Assembly: GCF_006345805.1 (NCBI RefSeq)
Contig: NC_043001.1
Span: 47,430,001-47,494,000, forward strand
Direction of reading: 5' to 3'
DNA: 64,000 nucleotides
DNA from: Octopus sinensis
Taxonomy: Eukaryota
The position numbers were made by a program, and so were the translations under genes. Positions 50,845 through 63,907 of the stretch are shown here, piece after piece (the stretch's first letter is position 1; every line of letters begins with the position of its first letter). Under the pieces are notes generated by a model. That model had not been told where the DNA came from. It did no database searches and saw nothing but the letters and a program-made list of their open reading frames with translations.

Positions 50845-51986
50845 TGGATTATAATTGATTTGTAACATCGACGCTATGTCGCAAATGTTGAAGAGAGAAC
50901 AATCGATTAAATCGATTACTATTTAACTGGTATTTAATTAAATGACCCGAAACTATGAAAAAAGTAAAATACAGCACAACAGGATACGAATGTAGAAGAT
51001 AAAGAAATGTAATTAAATAGCTGCAAGCTATTTTCTGTGTTGCTCTGTCGTTTATGCCACACACACACCGGCTTTTGTGTAGATGATAAGCGATAAGATT
51101 ATATGTCCATCTTGTGTGTAAAGCTTTTAAACTACCAAGAAACGAGAGAAATAGTGTATTTAATTTCATGGACTTTCAAGCTCGACTGAAAGGAAATAGG
51201 GTGGCAAATTTGAGTTTTTAACTGTCATGCTGTGAAAAAGATTACCGTTAGAGATAGATGTAAATGTTATTTCAAATGATACTATCACTGTGTATAATGC
51301 TCTACATCAACGTTGACACAGCTGACTGTAAATATATATATATACGTAACCTTTACTTTACTAGTAACACATACATAATCGTTGGCTATTTTAGTGAGAT
51401 GTAAAAGCCATATACATGTTATTAAAAGAGATGGTAGTTGCAATATTTGATTTCGATATCAGCTGCTGATCAGTTTACTTCGCTTAGGTAATTCTCTTGA
51501 GAAAAGCATGGAAGTTACACAACATAGTTTACCTTAGACCTTTGTAACATTGTAAGAAATTGAAGATTTGAGACGTAAGCCGAAAGAAGAAGGCTAGCGA
51601 AACTTATTTTTTTAGTGGGGAAGATATTAAGCGAGTAGTGGAAGAGAAACCTTAACTGCTATAATACATAAAAGATTGATCGAAATGATAGTTTCAAGGT
51701 GTGGACGAAATTGGAGAGAATTTGAGGTGAGTCTACTTAAAAGGTAATTTGCTTTCGCGGAATCAATCTTCTAAGAGGCATCCATAAACAAGAGAAATCA
51801 CAAGACTGAGGATTATGTGGGCTTTCTAAAGAATACACGCATTCAGGGCTAACATATTTTTACCTTTCGAAAAGCAGTCCATCAATGCAGTTATAGTCAC
51901 ATTGAACACAAGCAATTTGTATGAGAGGTCACTGAGTGTAGTCTTAATGTAAACGGGATATCAGTTTGTACTTTCACGAATATAAT

Positions 51987-52385
51987 CTTTTCTACTCTAG
52001 GCACAAGGCCCGGAATTTTGGGGGAAGGGGCTAGTCAATTAGATCGATCCCGATTCGCAACTGGTACTTAATTTATTGACCCCAAAAGGATGAAAGGCAA
52101 AGTCAACCTCGGCGGAATTTGACCTCAGAACGTAAAGACAGATGAAATACCTATTTCTTTACAACCCACATGGAGCTAAACACAGAGAGGACAAACAAGG
52201 ACAGACGAACGGATTAAGTCGATTACATCGACCCCAGTGCATAACTGGTACTTATTTAATCGATCCCGAAAGGATGAAAGGCAAAGTCGACCTCGGCGGA
52301 ATTTGAACTCGGAACGTAGCGGCAGACGAAATACTGCCAAACATTTCGCCCGGCGTGCTAACGTTTCTGCCAGCTCGCCGCCTTT
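51987..52385 (-). mobile_element. Dimeric family D SINE
   Basis: Full monomer fused to a 5'-truncated monomer at GAAATACC|TATTTCTTTACAACCCAC; same junction at 57.07 kb. Confidence 0.9.
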
Positions 52386-52606
52386 ATTTGATAAATGTTA
52401 AGCTGCTGGTCATATTTAAGAGGTTTTGTGATATACAGTAAATGTGTTGTCTTTTATCTTTTACTTCTCCCAGTCAAGAATCCATGAAGGATTCAATAGA
52501 ACAAAGCGAGCCTAGTACTTAATTGCTTTAAAGTTAGTGCTTATTCTATCGTTCTCTTTTTGTCAATACCATACAGTCAATAAATACTGTTTAAGATATA
52601 CATCTT

Positions 52607-52997
52607 TCTTTTCCTTGTTTCAGTCATCAGACTGCGGCTATGCCGGGGAACCGCCTTGAAGAACTTTTAGTCGAATGAATCGATTTTTCTGTTAAGCTTG
52701 AAACTTATTCTATCGCTAAGTTATGTGACCATAATCAATACGAGTTGTCAAGCGGTAGTGAGGGACAAACGCACGCACACACAGACACAGACACACACAT
52801 ACATACACACATACATACATACATACATACATACATACATACATACATACATGCATACATACCTATATATACACGCACAACGGGTTTCTTTCAATTTCTA
52901 TCTACCAAATCTACTCACATGGCTTTGGTCTGCCCGAGTCTATAGACTGAGCCTGGAACCAGGTGGTCAGGAAGCAAGCTTCTTACCACACAGTCAT
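52607..52997 (-). mobile_element. Family C SINE (left member of head-to-head pair)
   Basis: Family C blocks on minus strand. Confidence 0.85.
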
Positions 52998-53014
52998 TGA
53001 TATTTATTTTACAT

Positions 53015-53430
53015 GGCGCAGGCGTGGCTATGTAGTGAGAAGCTTGCTTCCCAACCACATGGTCCCACTGTGTGGCACCTTGGGCAAATGTTTTCTATTA
53101 TAGTCTCGGGCCAACCAAAGCCTTGTGAGTGAATTTGGTAGACGGAAACTGAAAGAAACTCGTCGTATATATATGGAGTGGGGGTGCGCGCGTGTGTGTC
53201 TTTGTGTCTGTGTTTGTCCCCCCACCCCCACCATCATCTATCACTTGACAACCGGTGTTGGTGTGACTACGTCCCCGCAACTTGGTGGTTCATCAAAAGA
53301 TTCTGTTCGGATAAGTACTAGGATTTTAAAAAAAAAAAAGAGTACTGGGGTGGATTTGTTCGGCTAGAACCCTTCAAGGCTGTGCTCCAGCATGGCCGCA
53401 GTCAAATGACTGAAACAAGTAAAAGAATAA
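53015..53430 (+). mobile_element. Family C SINE (right member of head-to-head pair)
   Basis: GGCGCAGGCGTGGCTATGTAG head to GAAACAAGTAAAAG tail. Confidence 0.9.
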
Positions 53431-53923
53431 AATAAAATAAGCTATCGGAATGATTGCAATGCAGTTTCTAAAGTTAATAAAATGAAGAAAATATATAATT
53501 AGTTGACCCTTGCCTTGAATTCTGCAAAGTATAGAATAGAATAGACTCAGAAGAAATTCGCTCCCACCCAGATGGTGAAACGAATTAGGTAGTAGAGTAG
53601 CAGATTTCGTTTCTTCGTAAATTACATGTGTATCCGGGTAACTGTTTAGTCTACTGACTACGTATAGTATTACACGCGTACGATGCGCGCGCGCATTAGC
53701 ACACTCACACACTCGTGTAGCTGTTTATTTTTGTCTGAGTTTTTGATACGAAGATTTATCATTATACACTGATATATTCGGTCTTGTCTTCTTATTTTGG
53801 TTCTTATAGTTACATCATTTCGGCCGTTGTGCCTTCCAGCCTTTTTCAGGTACTGTCATATGCCGCAACACTCGAAATTGAAAAATTATTTACTGATAAT
53901 TTAGATAATCTAATTATTATATA

Positions 53924-54290
53924 AGGCGCATGGCTCAATGGCTAGAGCGTCGGGCTCACAGTCATGTGGTAGAGAGTTCGATTCCCAGACTGGGCAGAGT
54001 GTTGTGTTCTTGAGCAAGACACTTATTTCACGTTGCTCCAGTTCACTCGGCTATATATACCTATTTCTTTATTACCCACAAGGGGCTAAACATAGAGGGG
54101 ACAAACAAGGACAGACATAGGTATTAAGTCGATTACAGCCACCCCAGTGCGTAACTGGTACTTAATTTATCGACCCCGAAAGGATGAAAGGCAAAGTTGA
54201 CTTCGGCGGAATTTGAATTCAGAACGTAACTGCCGACAAAATACCGCTAAGCATTTCGCCCGGCGTGCTAATGTTTCTGCCAGTTCTCAC
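53924..54290. mobile_element. Family B head (+) interrupted by a family D monomer (-)
   Basis: GGCGCATGGCTCAATGGCTAGAGCG..GAGTTCGATTCC head; minus-strand D from ~54056. Confidence 0.85.
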
Positions 54291-54294
54291 CAAG

Positions 54295-54790
54295 CTGTAT
54301 CGGCCTTTGCCTTGGATAACATCGGTGGTGTGGAGAGGGGGAGGCTGGTATTCATGGAAAGAATTAAGGAAGCTATACTCATACACAGACTAGGGCCCCA
54401 AATTAACAACAGGCTGGAGGTTGGTAATCAATACATTATTTAGACACATCTGGATGCGTGTACGTTCATTTTTGATAATATGCTCATCTGTAGTTTATAA
54501 CAAAAAAAGGGAAGAGAAGAGAAAAAAGAAAAGAAAAAGGAAGCTGCACGTATAATACGTAACTTAGAAGCAGCGCTACGGATGTATCAGCACACACGAG
54601 ATTGAGACATGACCGACCTCACACACTTCTCACGAGGAATTCCGGAAGGAGCATCGTGAGGCCACTGCTGAGACGCTTCCACATAATAAAAAAGAAAAGC
54701 CTTTAGAAAACCGATTATAGCAGTGACTCCATCTAAGAATATCTGAAGAAGACATATTATTCCGAAATATCATATCAGACTATGGATGAC
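54295..54790 (+). mobile_element. 3' end of a Penelope-like element: GIY-YIG endonuclease C-terminus plus pLTR-like region
   Basis: ..ERGRLVFMERIKEAILIHRLGPQINNRLE..* (stop 54441-54443) matches the GIY-YIG R.IKEAI.I...P.IN motif; decayed hammerhead at 54739-54775 downstream. Confidence 0.75.
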
Positions 54791-54862
54791 TAAATTACAA
54801 CAGGTATATAGCCCATCGTCTGTGTTATAGTGCATTGTTGTACCATTCAAAACTTTTTATTC

Positions 54863-54963
<101 letters not shown>

Positions 54964-54994
54964 CATAGTGTGTGTGTGTGTGTGTGTGTGGTTG

Positions 54995-55135
54995 AAATTT
55001 ATAGAAAAACAAAAGACGAAGACAAGTGCATGAACAACACCGCAAGTGTATTAGTTTGGCGCTCGGGAACATGAAAAAGTCTTTTACGTTTCGAGCCTAT
55101 GCTCTTCAACAGAAAGGAATAGGAGGAAATAAACA
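54995..55135 (-). mobile_element. Family E Penelope pLTR-type repeat, second copy
   Basis: Homologous to 41917-42110. Confidence 0.65.
55081..55116 (-). ncRNA. Minimal type I hammerhead-like motif (core variant)
   Basis: CUUU-CUGUUGA-A-GAGC(AUAG)GCUC-GAAA-C-GUA/AAAG. Confidence 0.55.
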
Positions 55136-55138
55136 GAG

Positions 55139-55177
<39 letters not shown>

Positions 55178-55178
55178 G

Positions 55179-55221
<43 letters not shown>

Positions 55222-55287
55222 AGAGAGAAGAGAGCGGAGAGGAGAGAGAGAGAGAGAGAGAAGAGAGAGGGAGAGAGAGAGGAGAGA

Positions 55288-55363
<76 letters not shown>

Positions 55364-55385
55364 GGAGAGAGAAAGAGAGAGAGAG

Positions 55386-55417
<32 letters not shown>

Positions 55418-55426
55418 TGGGAGAGA
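55136..55426. repeat. Imperfect (GA)n tract
   Basis: ~290-bp polypurine strand. Confidence 0.98.
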
Positions 55427-55460
55427 GTATGAAAAAAACTTCTAAATTTCAGCGGTCCAG

Positions 55461-55493
<33 letters not shown>

Positions 55494-56689
55494 CAGTTAA
55501 CCTTTTGCACCTGAATGAAGTAGCCCAAATTCTGCATTATCTTTAATGAACCTTTCGCATTTCTCATTAATGCAAACATGTAAATAACTTATTTATTATT
55601 AAATCCGATAATATGAGCTATTTACATGTTTGGGGGATACTGAAATAAATCTGTCGTGATATTTTGATGTTTATTGTTAAAAAAAAAAGTTGATCATTCT
55701 AAGTTGGTGCTCCCGAATGGGCACAGTGAAATGCCTGAAAGGTGTAAAAGAATAAAAGAATAATATTTCTCCGTCATTTATATTTTTATATTCTCCTTAT
55801 TCTTTTCTCGTGTATATTACTACATACTCTATATGGTTTGTACAATGACATACTAAGGAGCGTTTTTATGAGTACTACCGGATTACATGAATCCATATAT
55901 CATGACATTATATATATATGCATACACACACAAGCAACACATATATACACATAGATACATATATACATATATGTGTGTGTGTGTGCATATGTATATATGT
56001 ACGTGTGTCTTTGTGTTTGCGTTTGTCCCCACCATAGCTTGACAACCTTTGTTAGTTTGTTTACGTCCCCATAACTTATCGGTTCGGCAAAAGGGACCGA
56101 CAGAAAAAAGGATCAGATCTAAAAATAACTACAGGGGTCGAATTATATACTTTAGCGGCCATCATTCAGAATCGAGATTGTCTTGCTAGCTTGTACTATG
56201 CTTTCACTAATTGTATTAGGTGTCTGTGGAGTTGCGCATAGGTACAGACATGAAGGCGACATTGAATGATGGAGTCCTACATATAAATATCAAAGTCTGA
56301 GATTAAAAAAAAAGAGAAGAAAGAAGAAACAGGCTGCATATTCCCAGCTGGAATGTTTTTGATTATGTCTTTTCGATTAAGGCTGATTTGCAACTTCACA
56401 ACAATTGAATATATTTCTGTTCAATCACAAAAGAATTTCGAAGCTTACTATTCATTGTTCGATTTGTACTGTGAGAGACTTGAAGAAACTATTTTCCGAC
56501 AAAAAGATTAGATTTTTGTATCTAAAGTATGATATTATAGACAAGCTCCACACCGATATAGATAACTACTACTTTATGAATTCTATATATATGAGATTGT
56601 GTGTGAACGTAAAACTATAAATATACACGACATATATTTTATTTCCATTGGGTAAAATTCGGTTAGCCCAAACACATCTATATGTATGT

Positions 56690-56887
56690 CAAGGCCCATG
56701 ATTTCGGGGAGGGGCTAAGTGTCAATTATATCGAACCCAGTACTCAACTGATACTTATTTTATCGGCTCCTAAAGGATGAAAGGCAAAGTCGAACTCGGT
56801 GGAATTTGAATTCAGAAAGTGAAGACGGACGAAATGCCGCTAAGCATTTCGTCCGATGTGCTAAAGATTCTGCCGGCTCACCGCCTT
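56690..56887 (-). mobile_element. Family D SINE, older copy
   Basis: D body and head on minus strand. Confidence 0.82.
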
Positions 56888-56905
56888 AATAGTAGAAAGA
56901 ATATT

Positions 56906-57308
56906 CTTTTCTACTCTAGGTACAAGGCCCGAAATTATTTGGGGAAGGGGGCCATTCGATTAGATCGACCCTAGTATGCAAATGGTACTTAATTTATCGA
57001 CCTCGAAAGGATGAAAGGCAAAGTCAACCTCGGCGGAATTTGAACTCAGAACGTAAAGACAGACGAAATACCTATTTCTTTACAACCCACAAGGGGCTAA
57101 ACACAGAGAGGACAAACAAGGACAGACGAACGGATCAAGTCGATTACATCGACCCCAGTGCGTAACTGGTACTTATCATTTAATCAAACCCGAAAGGATG
57201 AAAAGCAAAGTCGACCTCGTCGGAATTTGAACTCAGAACGTAACGGCAGACGAAAAACCGCTTAGCATTTCGCCCGGCGTGCTAACGTTTCTGCCAGCTC
57301 GCTGCCTT
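56906..57308 (-). mobile_element. Dimeric family D SINE with 16-bp TSD
   Basis: Same dimer junction as 51987-52385; TSD TAGTAGA(A/T)AGAATATT at 56890-56905 / 57309-57324. Confidence 0.92.
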
Positions 57309-58038
57309 TAGTAGATAGAATATTAATATTAATGATAAAAGGTGGTGAGTTGGCAGAGTCGTCAGATCGTCAAAAATACGCGCTGCTGAATTTATTCCGC
57401 CTCTTTACGCTCTGCGTTCCAATTTGTACCCTTCATCTTCCACCCTGGAGAGGGGGGGTCGATGTAATAAAGTACAACAACTGGAGTCGATTTAATTGAC
57501 TAAAACCCTCTCGTCTAAAATTGCTGGCCTTGTGCCTAAATTAGGAACTGTTTTAAGATGTTGAACGGGCAGAATTTTTAGAAAAATGCCGAGTAGGTTT
57601 TCTTTCGTTCTGAGTTCTAATTCCGCCAAAGTAAACTTTGCCTTTCATATCTCCGAGTTTAATAAAATAATGTACCAGTCAAGTAACGGGATCACTGGTA
57701 TCAGATAACCCGCTCCTCTTAAAATAATTGGTCCTTTGCCTAAATTAGAAACTCATATTAAAGATATAAACTCTTTCTCACAATACACCCTCTTTTATCT
57801 TCTATACCAAATTGATTCCACCAACGACGGATAAACAAACGTGGACGATAAAGTCGTTAACTCACGAACTTAGCCGTCATACTGTTTGATACTTCCACCA
57901 CATAGCTATTAGATCCTTTTAGTAGAGAGTTCACTCTGTTATAACCGCTCAAACTATATCCCCACTCTAAGAATAGAATCCTAAATATCTTGATGTGCTG
58001 CACCCTATTAAAGCTAGCTTTGTTTCATGGATTCTCAC

Positions 58039-58175
58039 CGCCACCAACAGTTTCGTAGGATCCGAAAAGGTCACGGGCATTAACTTTTTTCTCTCTCCGA
58101 ATAAATACTTCATCACCTCCTGCCTGACGCACATCATTCCTCCGCCACCCCATAAATAAAATTCTCTAAAATATC
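58039..58175 (-). other. Candidate exon (unverified)
   Basis: TTGTTTCTTATTGAAG| acceptor, GCG|GTGAGA donor, open frame YFREFYLWGGGGMMCVRQEVMKYLFGERKKLMPVTFSDPTKLLVA; no recognised homology. Confidence 0.25.
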
Positions 58176-60772
58176 CTTCAATAAGAAACAAGGCAACAAA
58201 GTTTCATCCAAAGATTCCAAAATACAAGCAAAATACATCTCAAGGAAAGAAAAGTATCATAACACAGTCACGTTCACTTGTCCCCTTCGAATGCTAGCTT
58301 CTACAAAAACTTCATCGCAACCACATGTTTTACATGCCTTACACATCATCATTGCTTAAGTCTACATCTTAGTCATCATAGTAATATAAATACCTCATTG
58401 CATTTCAGGAACAGAGATTACTTCCGCCATGAACAGTTTCTAAATCTAGGCAAAAGCACAACACTACAAAACGGCACACGTTACATATAAATATTGTAAA
58501 CAGTATTTAGAATGTTTACTGAAAGACAAGCTTTATTTCTCTTTGAATCACCGTTCATCTAATGTTCACCTCTGAGTTCCTTCAGCTGAACTTGGTATTG
58601 AATCAGCACGTTTGATGTGCTAATTGAATACTACTCCTAATTAAACCTACTCAATGGCATATCTTATTTCTCGCCGTTTCTGAACATCAGAGTAAACATT
58701 TTATTCAATCCTTAATCTCTAGAAATATATCCTTGGAATTTTTCTATACCCACGAATTTCTCAAAACAACATGCACGAATTCAAATTGAACATAAATTAT
58801 ACTAATTATTTATTGTTGTGTTCAGTATTCAAAAATTCGAAACAGACGTGGACGAAAACAGTTTATTTCAACCGAATAAACTCTAAGACTTAAGAGTAAC
58901 TTCCTGAACCTATTTTTATCAGGACGATGATTCGCTTGTTACTGATACTTTCTCTAAAAATACGGATTTCTAACAAAGGTACAAGACCACATGTTTTACT
59001 CAAAGATATCGTTGATTAAACCAACTACTGCACTGTTACGTATTTTCCGAACTCGAAATAAGCGGTGGGGGTGGAGTAAATCTAAATACACATAATTAAA
59101 TCCTGCAAGATACTGTTCATCACAGTCCCCAATTCTTTTATACATTGCTCTCTTGCTGGCAATTATACGATATCAATGCAAACAAGTGTATGCTGCACCA
59201 AAAACCAATATGAGAGTTTACAAGAGTTTACGAGATACTAACTACCGCAAGATAGTTTGCTCTAACAGAACATCCATGGTTAAGTGTGAATAAATATTAC
59301 CTCTCGGTATTACTATTGCCTCTGTCGCTAATGAATATATCAATGCTTCTACTCTAAACTTCATTGAGATTGAGAAATTTATTCAATGCAAAATATTTAC
59401 AAAGAATGGCAAGGGTAACTGTTTACTCAGAATTTGACGAGTAAGCAATTCAAAACTAAAAAAAAAGGTAGGGATATTGTGAAAGACCGTCGTATAAAAT
59501 TCTAAATTAGTACTCCTTGTATTGTTGATTAAATTGCTTACTTCATTTGCAGTTGGTTGACCATCTTAATAGTAATCCTATTTCCAACTGTGATAAAAGA
59601 GAGTCCTTGAGGTGTACGTCATAGTTAAATGAAGTACAATAACATAGGCCGCAAATGTGAAAAGTAGAATTATCGAACATAGCTAACGATAAAATAGCAG
59701 TGGTTAAAAGTGTAGCATTTGTACAAGGTTGACTATTTACTAATAGGAGATCTTAAAGATAAAATCATTTCTTTAAACTCCTATATTAGCTTGAACATTT
59801 TATACGAATTACCAACATTTATAGAAGCATTTAGCAATGATAATATTCAACAAAAATTATCACATGCAACACAAAGGAATTTCTAGAGCGATGTTAAAAA
59901 CAAATTGGGAAATGTTTGGCAATGAACGCATAGTCATAAACTAAACTAACGTTTTTTGTTTACCAGTCAATCTAATAATCACCGAGAAGGCTGAAATTCA
60001 ATACTGAAAAATCAATAATTTTGTTATATTTTACAAAAATAAATCCAAGTCTTCAAACAAATGTGAGAGGAGAAAATTATTTACAGATTATAAAAAAAGT
60101 TTTGCGAAAGAGAAAAATTAAAAAAGAAACACGAAACCAAAGAGAATGTAGGGTCGTAGAGAAGGAGGGGAAGGAGAGAGAAATAGAAAAAAAGTTTGTG
60201 AAATGGCAATGAAAGTGAATGATGCACTGATGCAGAGATAATAATTTATCAACATCATTGTAATCAAATATGATGTGACTCATGAATGAATAGGTTGACT
60301 ACATTAAGATTCACGTCTCTGTCAAATACGGGGGTAAGGGTAGCAAAAATTCAATTACGTTTAAGACACACGACAAAATAAAACAGATATGTTGTGGGTG
60401 AGTTAGTAGCTCTTGTTGCTTCAGTAGGCGAAAGTATATTTCCATGTAATTATGCATAGGCAAAAAAAGAAGTGCTAAATAATTTCAAATGTGTATAACA
60501 CATGTAATAATGTGCTTTCCTTAAGGATGTCTTTCATTTGTGTCTATCGTCTCGTAGCCACACGTAATTTCTATAGACGTTGATGGAGTGGGGGGTTTTG
60601 TTTAGATTAAGATGAATAGTTGTGAATTAAAAATTGCAGGTTAAGTTTCTAGATATAAACATCTTTACTTGTTTCGGAATAAGTTTCAAGAGGTGCGTGC
60701 TATAGGTTATATTAAGAGAAACAGTAAAAAAAGAATGAAATGGTTTCGTTCTTTTCCTACTGTTTTTTAATG

Positions 60773-60859
<87 letters not shown>

Positions 60860-60860
<1 letters not shown>

Positions 60861-61075
60861 TGTGAGTGAGTGTTTGTGTTTGTCCACCCCACCATCGCAT
60901 GACAACCGATGTTGGTGTGTTTACGTCCCTGTAACTTAGCAGTTCGGCAAAAGAGACCGATAGAATAAGTATTAGGTTTACACCGAATAAGTCCTGGGGT
61001 CGATTTGCTCGACTAAAGGCGGTGCTCCAGCATGGCCGCAGCCAAATGATTGAAGCAAATAAGAGAATAGAAGAA
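60860..61075 (+). mobile_element. Family C SINE 3' half after (TA)n(TG)n
   Basis: GACAACCGATG..GGCGGTGCTCCAGCATGGCCGCAG. Confidence 0.88.
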
Positions 61076-61449
61076 AAGAGTTAAGAATAACTTAGCACGC
61101 AGCTCTTGAAACTTATTCCAAAATTTTAAGTAAAATCCCTTAATAAAAATGAATATTTATGCTCATACAGCGTTTCACAACAATATTTTGAAAGGATTTT
61201 CATTGTTATTATTTTACTAGTCGCTCCAAGCTTCCAGCTGGCAGAATCATTAACACACCGCTACAAAATGCTTCGCGATATTACTTTTGGATTTACGATC
61301 TGAGTTCAAATACTGCTGAAGTTGACTTTGCTTTCATCTCCCCCGTCTATTTTTTCTTTCTGGAGCTCTGGGGTTGGTATAATAATCCACTCAGCTCCTC
61401 CCCTAAAATTGCTGGCCAAAGTTTAAAACTGTCGTTTTTCTTCCAGCTT

Positions 61450-61960
61450 GGGTTGGAAGCAGGGTGGCGATGTTTATGTTCTTTGTAGATCTGCCAAGAC
61501 CGATGGAACTGATACATCTAACATTTCGTTTAAACTGTTGCAAGAGGATATTTGTAGGAAAAGCATTTTCAGGCAGAGAATTCCGGAGGGCTGGCGTTTT
61601 TTTGTTCTTGGAGGGATGGGGCGTCGTAATTAGCGCAGGACCAAGGAGAGTTGGACACAATGTGGGTATCAAGGGAAGGAAATGGTAGTGAGATAGGAGT
61701 GTTCAATGGCATGCGATCAGCCAGCTCCAAGAAAGAGAGACCACTATTGCAGTGATAGAACAGACTAAGAGAGGAGACGGCATTGTTTCTAGGACAGAAG
61801 TTAGACTAAGTTTGTGAGCAACTTCATGAAATCGTTTTAGTGAATTTTGTTTGGATGAGGCCTATCACGTCTGTGTGTGTATCTGTACCATTGTCCCAGA
61901 TGTAGAAACATTATGGGCCTCACCTGAGCTTCATCGCGAGTAAGTAGATGTTGGGGGTTA
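61450..61960 (-). mobile_element. Decayed Penelope-like reverse transcriptase C-terminal region
   Basis: Ordered minus-strand remnants AMKLR*GP (cf. AMGTxMGP), WYRYT (cf. W.RYIDD), GLSFLE (cf. SFLD), HSYL, LR*LRR (cf. FLRLRR). Confidence 0.5.
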
Positions 61961-62614
61961 AAATACTTTCAGGCTCTGAAGATAAAATTCAGTCTTTGAG
62001 ATGCAGTATTTCCTATGTTGATTAAGTTGCTTAAAATACATGAACAGTATTGAGTAGAAATGCGTTGGAAATCAACTTAATTAAGTTTCGTGCATACAGT
62101 TATCCAGCATGTTTTAATTAAATATTTTGCTAATCTAAGACTAGTTTTAGAATATTATTTAGATGTCTATTATGTATATATTTCTAAGTAGGTCACAAAA
62201 TTTGTAGGAAAAGAACACAATCAATTGAATCAACGTCTATACTTTTCCGATAATTATTTTATCGATCTCAGAGGAATAATACAAAACAAAATAAACTTTT
62301 TTTCACCCCTTTGGGATCCACATAATAAGCACCAATCATATACTTGAGTCCATATTTATGACCTTGTATCAGAAGAAAAGAAATCAATATTTGGATATTG
62401 ATTACGAGAGGCGGTCAGCAGGGTTAAATTTTCAAGGTAGAATTCGAAACTTTATTTTAAAGGATTTAAGAAGCAAGATGTAATTTGCAGTCGAACATCT
62501 GTTATCATAAATATTTTATCATTTAAAAACTGTCACAAGTAAAAGTTCTGACGCCACTTATGAATTTTTACATACCCAACTAATTTTCCGTTGAGATATC
62601 ATTAAACATAGCGA

Positions 62615-62846
62615 TTTCAAATTTTGGCACAATGCCGGCAATTTCGGGGGAGGGGGTTAGTCGATTATATCAACCTCCAGTGTTCAACTGGTACTTATTT
62701 TATCGACTCCGAAAGGATGAAAGGCAAAGCCGACCCCGATGGTATTTGAACTCAGAACGTAATGATGGGAAATGCCGCTAAGTATTTTGCCCGGCGTGCT
62801 AACGATTTTGCCCGACGTGCAAACGATTCTGCCAGCTTGCTGCCTT
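62615..62846 (-). mobile_element. Family D SINE with short internal duplication
   Basis: TTTTGCCCG(G/A)CGTGC..AACGATT repeated twice. Confidence 0.85.
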
Positions 62847-63313
62847 ACATATCGTTAAGCATACTAGCAATTGAGTTCATATTGTAGAACCATAATATTT
62901 ATGACAATTTCTAATATTGGCAGAATATTTAAAATTTGGTGGAAGATAAAGACATGACTTATACGTGTTTTATGGACATGACTGATCACGGTGCGATTTG
63001 TTCTTTTGAAATATTTATAAAAGATATGTGACGACATATTACATTGGTTTTGAAATTCTTGGAATAAGGTTTCCGAATGTCTACCTTAAAAAAAAATACT
63101 ATCGGATCTAGCAGCAGTACCCCGCCTTGTCCGAGTTTGTTAATACCTATAATAAATGCAATCACATGGAATAACCATATTTTGAATAAATTACTTTAAA
63201 AATTGGTCAGTGGTGATTCACTCAGACAAGCAATTCCAAAGATGGTCCAAGTTGAGCTTTATAAAGTGCACAAAAATATTAAACGAATAGAACTTAAATG
63301 TCGCAACTCTATA

Positions 63314-63699
63314 GTGGAAGCACTCCGTCGGTTACGACGACGAGGGTTCCGGTTGATCCGAATCAACGGAACAGCCTGCTCGTGAAATTAACGTGTAAGT
63401 GGCTGAGCACTCCACAGACACGTGTACCCTTAACGTAGTTCTCGGGGAAATTCAGCGTGACACAGAGAGTGACAAGGCCGGCCCTTTGAAATACGGGTAC
63501 AACAGAAACAGGAAGTAAGAGTGAGAGAAAATTGTGGTGAAAGAGTACAGCAGGGATCACCACCATCCCCTACCGGAGCCTCGTGGAGCTTTAGGTGTTT
63601 TCGCTCAATAAACACTCACAACGCCCGGTCTGGGAATCGAAACCGCGATCCTATGACCGCGAGTCCGCTGCCCTAACCACTGGGCCATTGCGCCTCCAC
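63314..63699 (-). mobile_element. tRNA-derived SINE family A, full length, perfect 12-bp TSD
   Basis: Head GTGGAGGCGCAATGGCCCAGTGGTTAGGGCAGCGG with B-box GGTTTCGATTCCC; TSD CGCAACTCTATA at 63302-63313 and 63700-63711. Confidence 0.95.
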
Positions 63700-63789
63700 C
63701 GCAACTCTATAACCCCCTTTCTAAATACATAACCCTCTGCTATATTTCGGCTACCTTGTCGTAAAACTATAGCCTACAAATTGTAACAT

Positions 63790-63876
63790 ACATACGTATA
63801 TACATGCATGCATACATACATACATACATACATACATACATACGTACGTACGTACGTACATACATACATACATACA

Positions 63877-63907
<31 letters not shown>
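63790..63907. repeat. (TACA)n/(TACG)n microsatellite
   Basis: Tetranucleotide run. Confidence 0.97.

Noticed and set aside
61448-61633. WKQGGDV resembling Slo/BK channel WKQGDDV
   Set aside because: No further similarity; it is the antisense of a decayed Penelope RT
63620-63699. tRNA gene
   Set aside because: tRNA-like A/B boxes are the head of a TSD-flanked SINE; the same holds for other SINE heads
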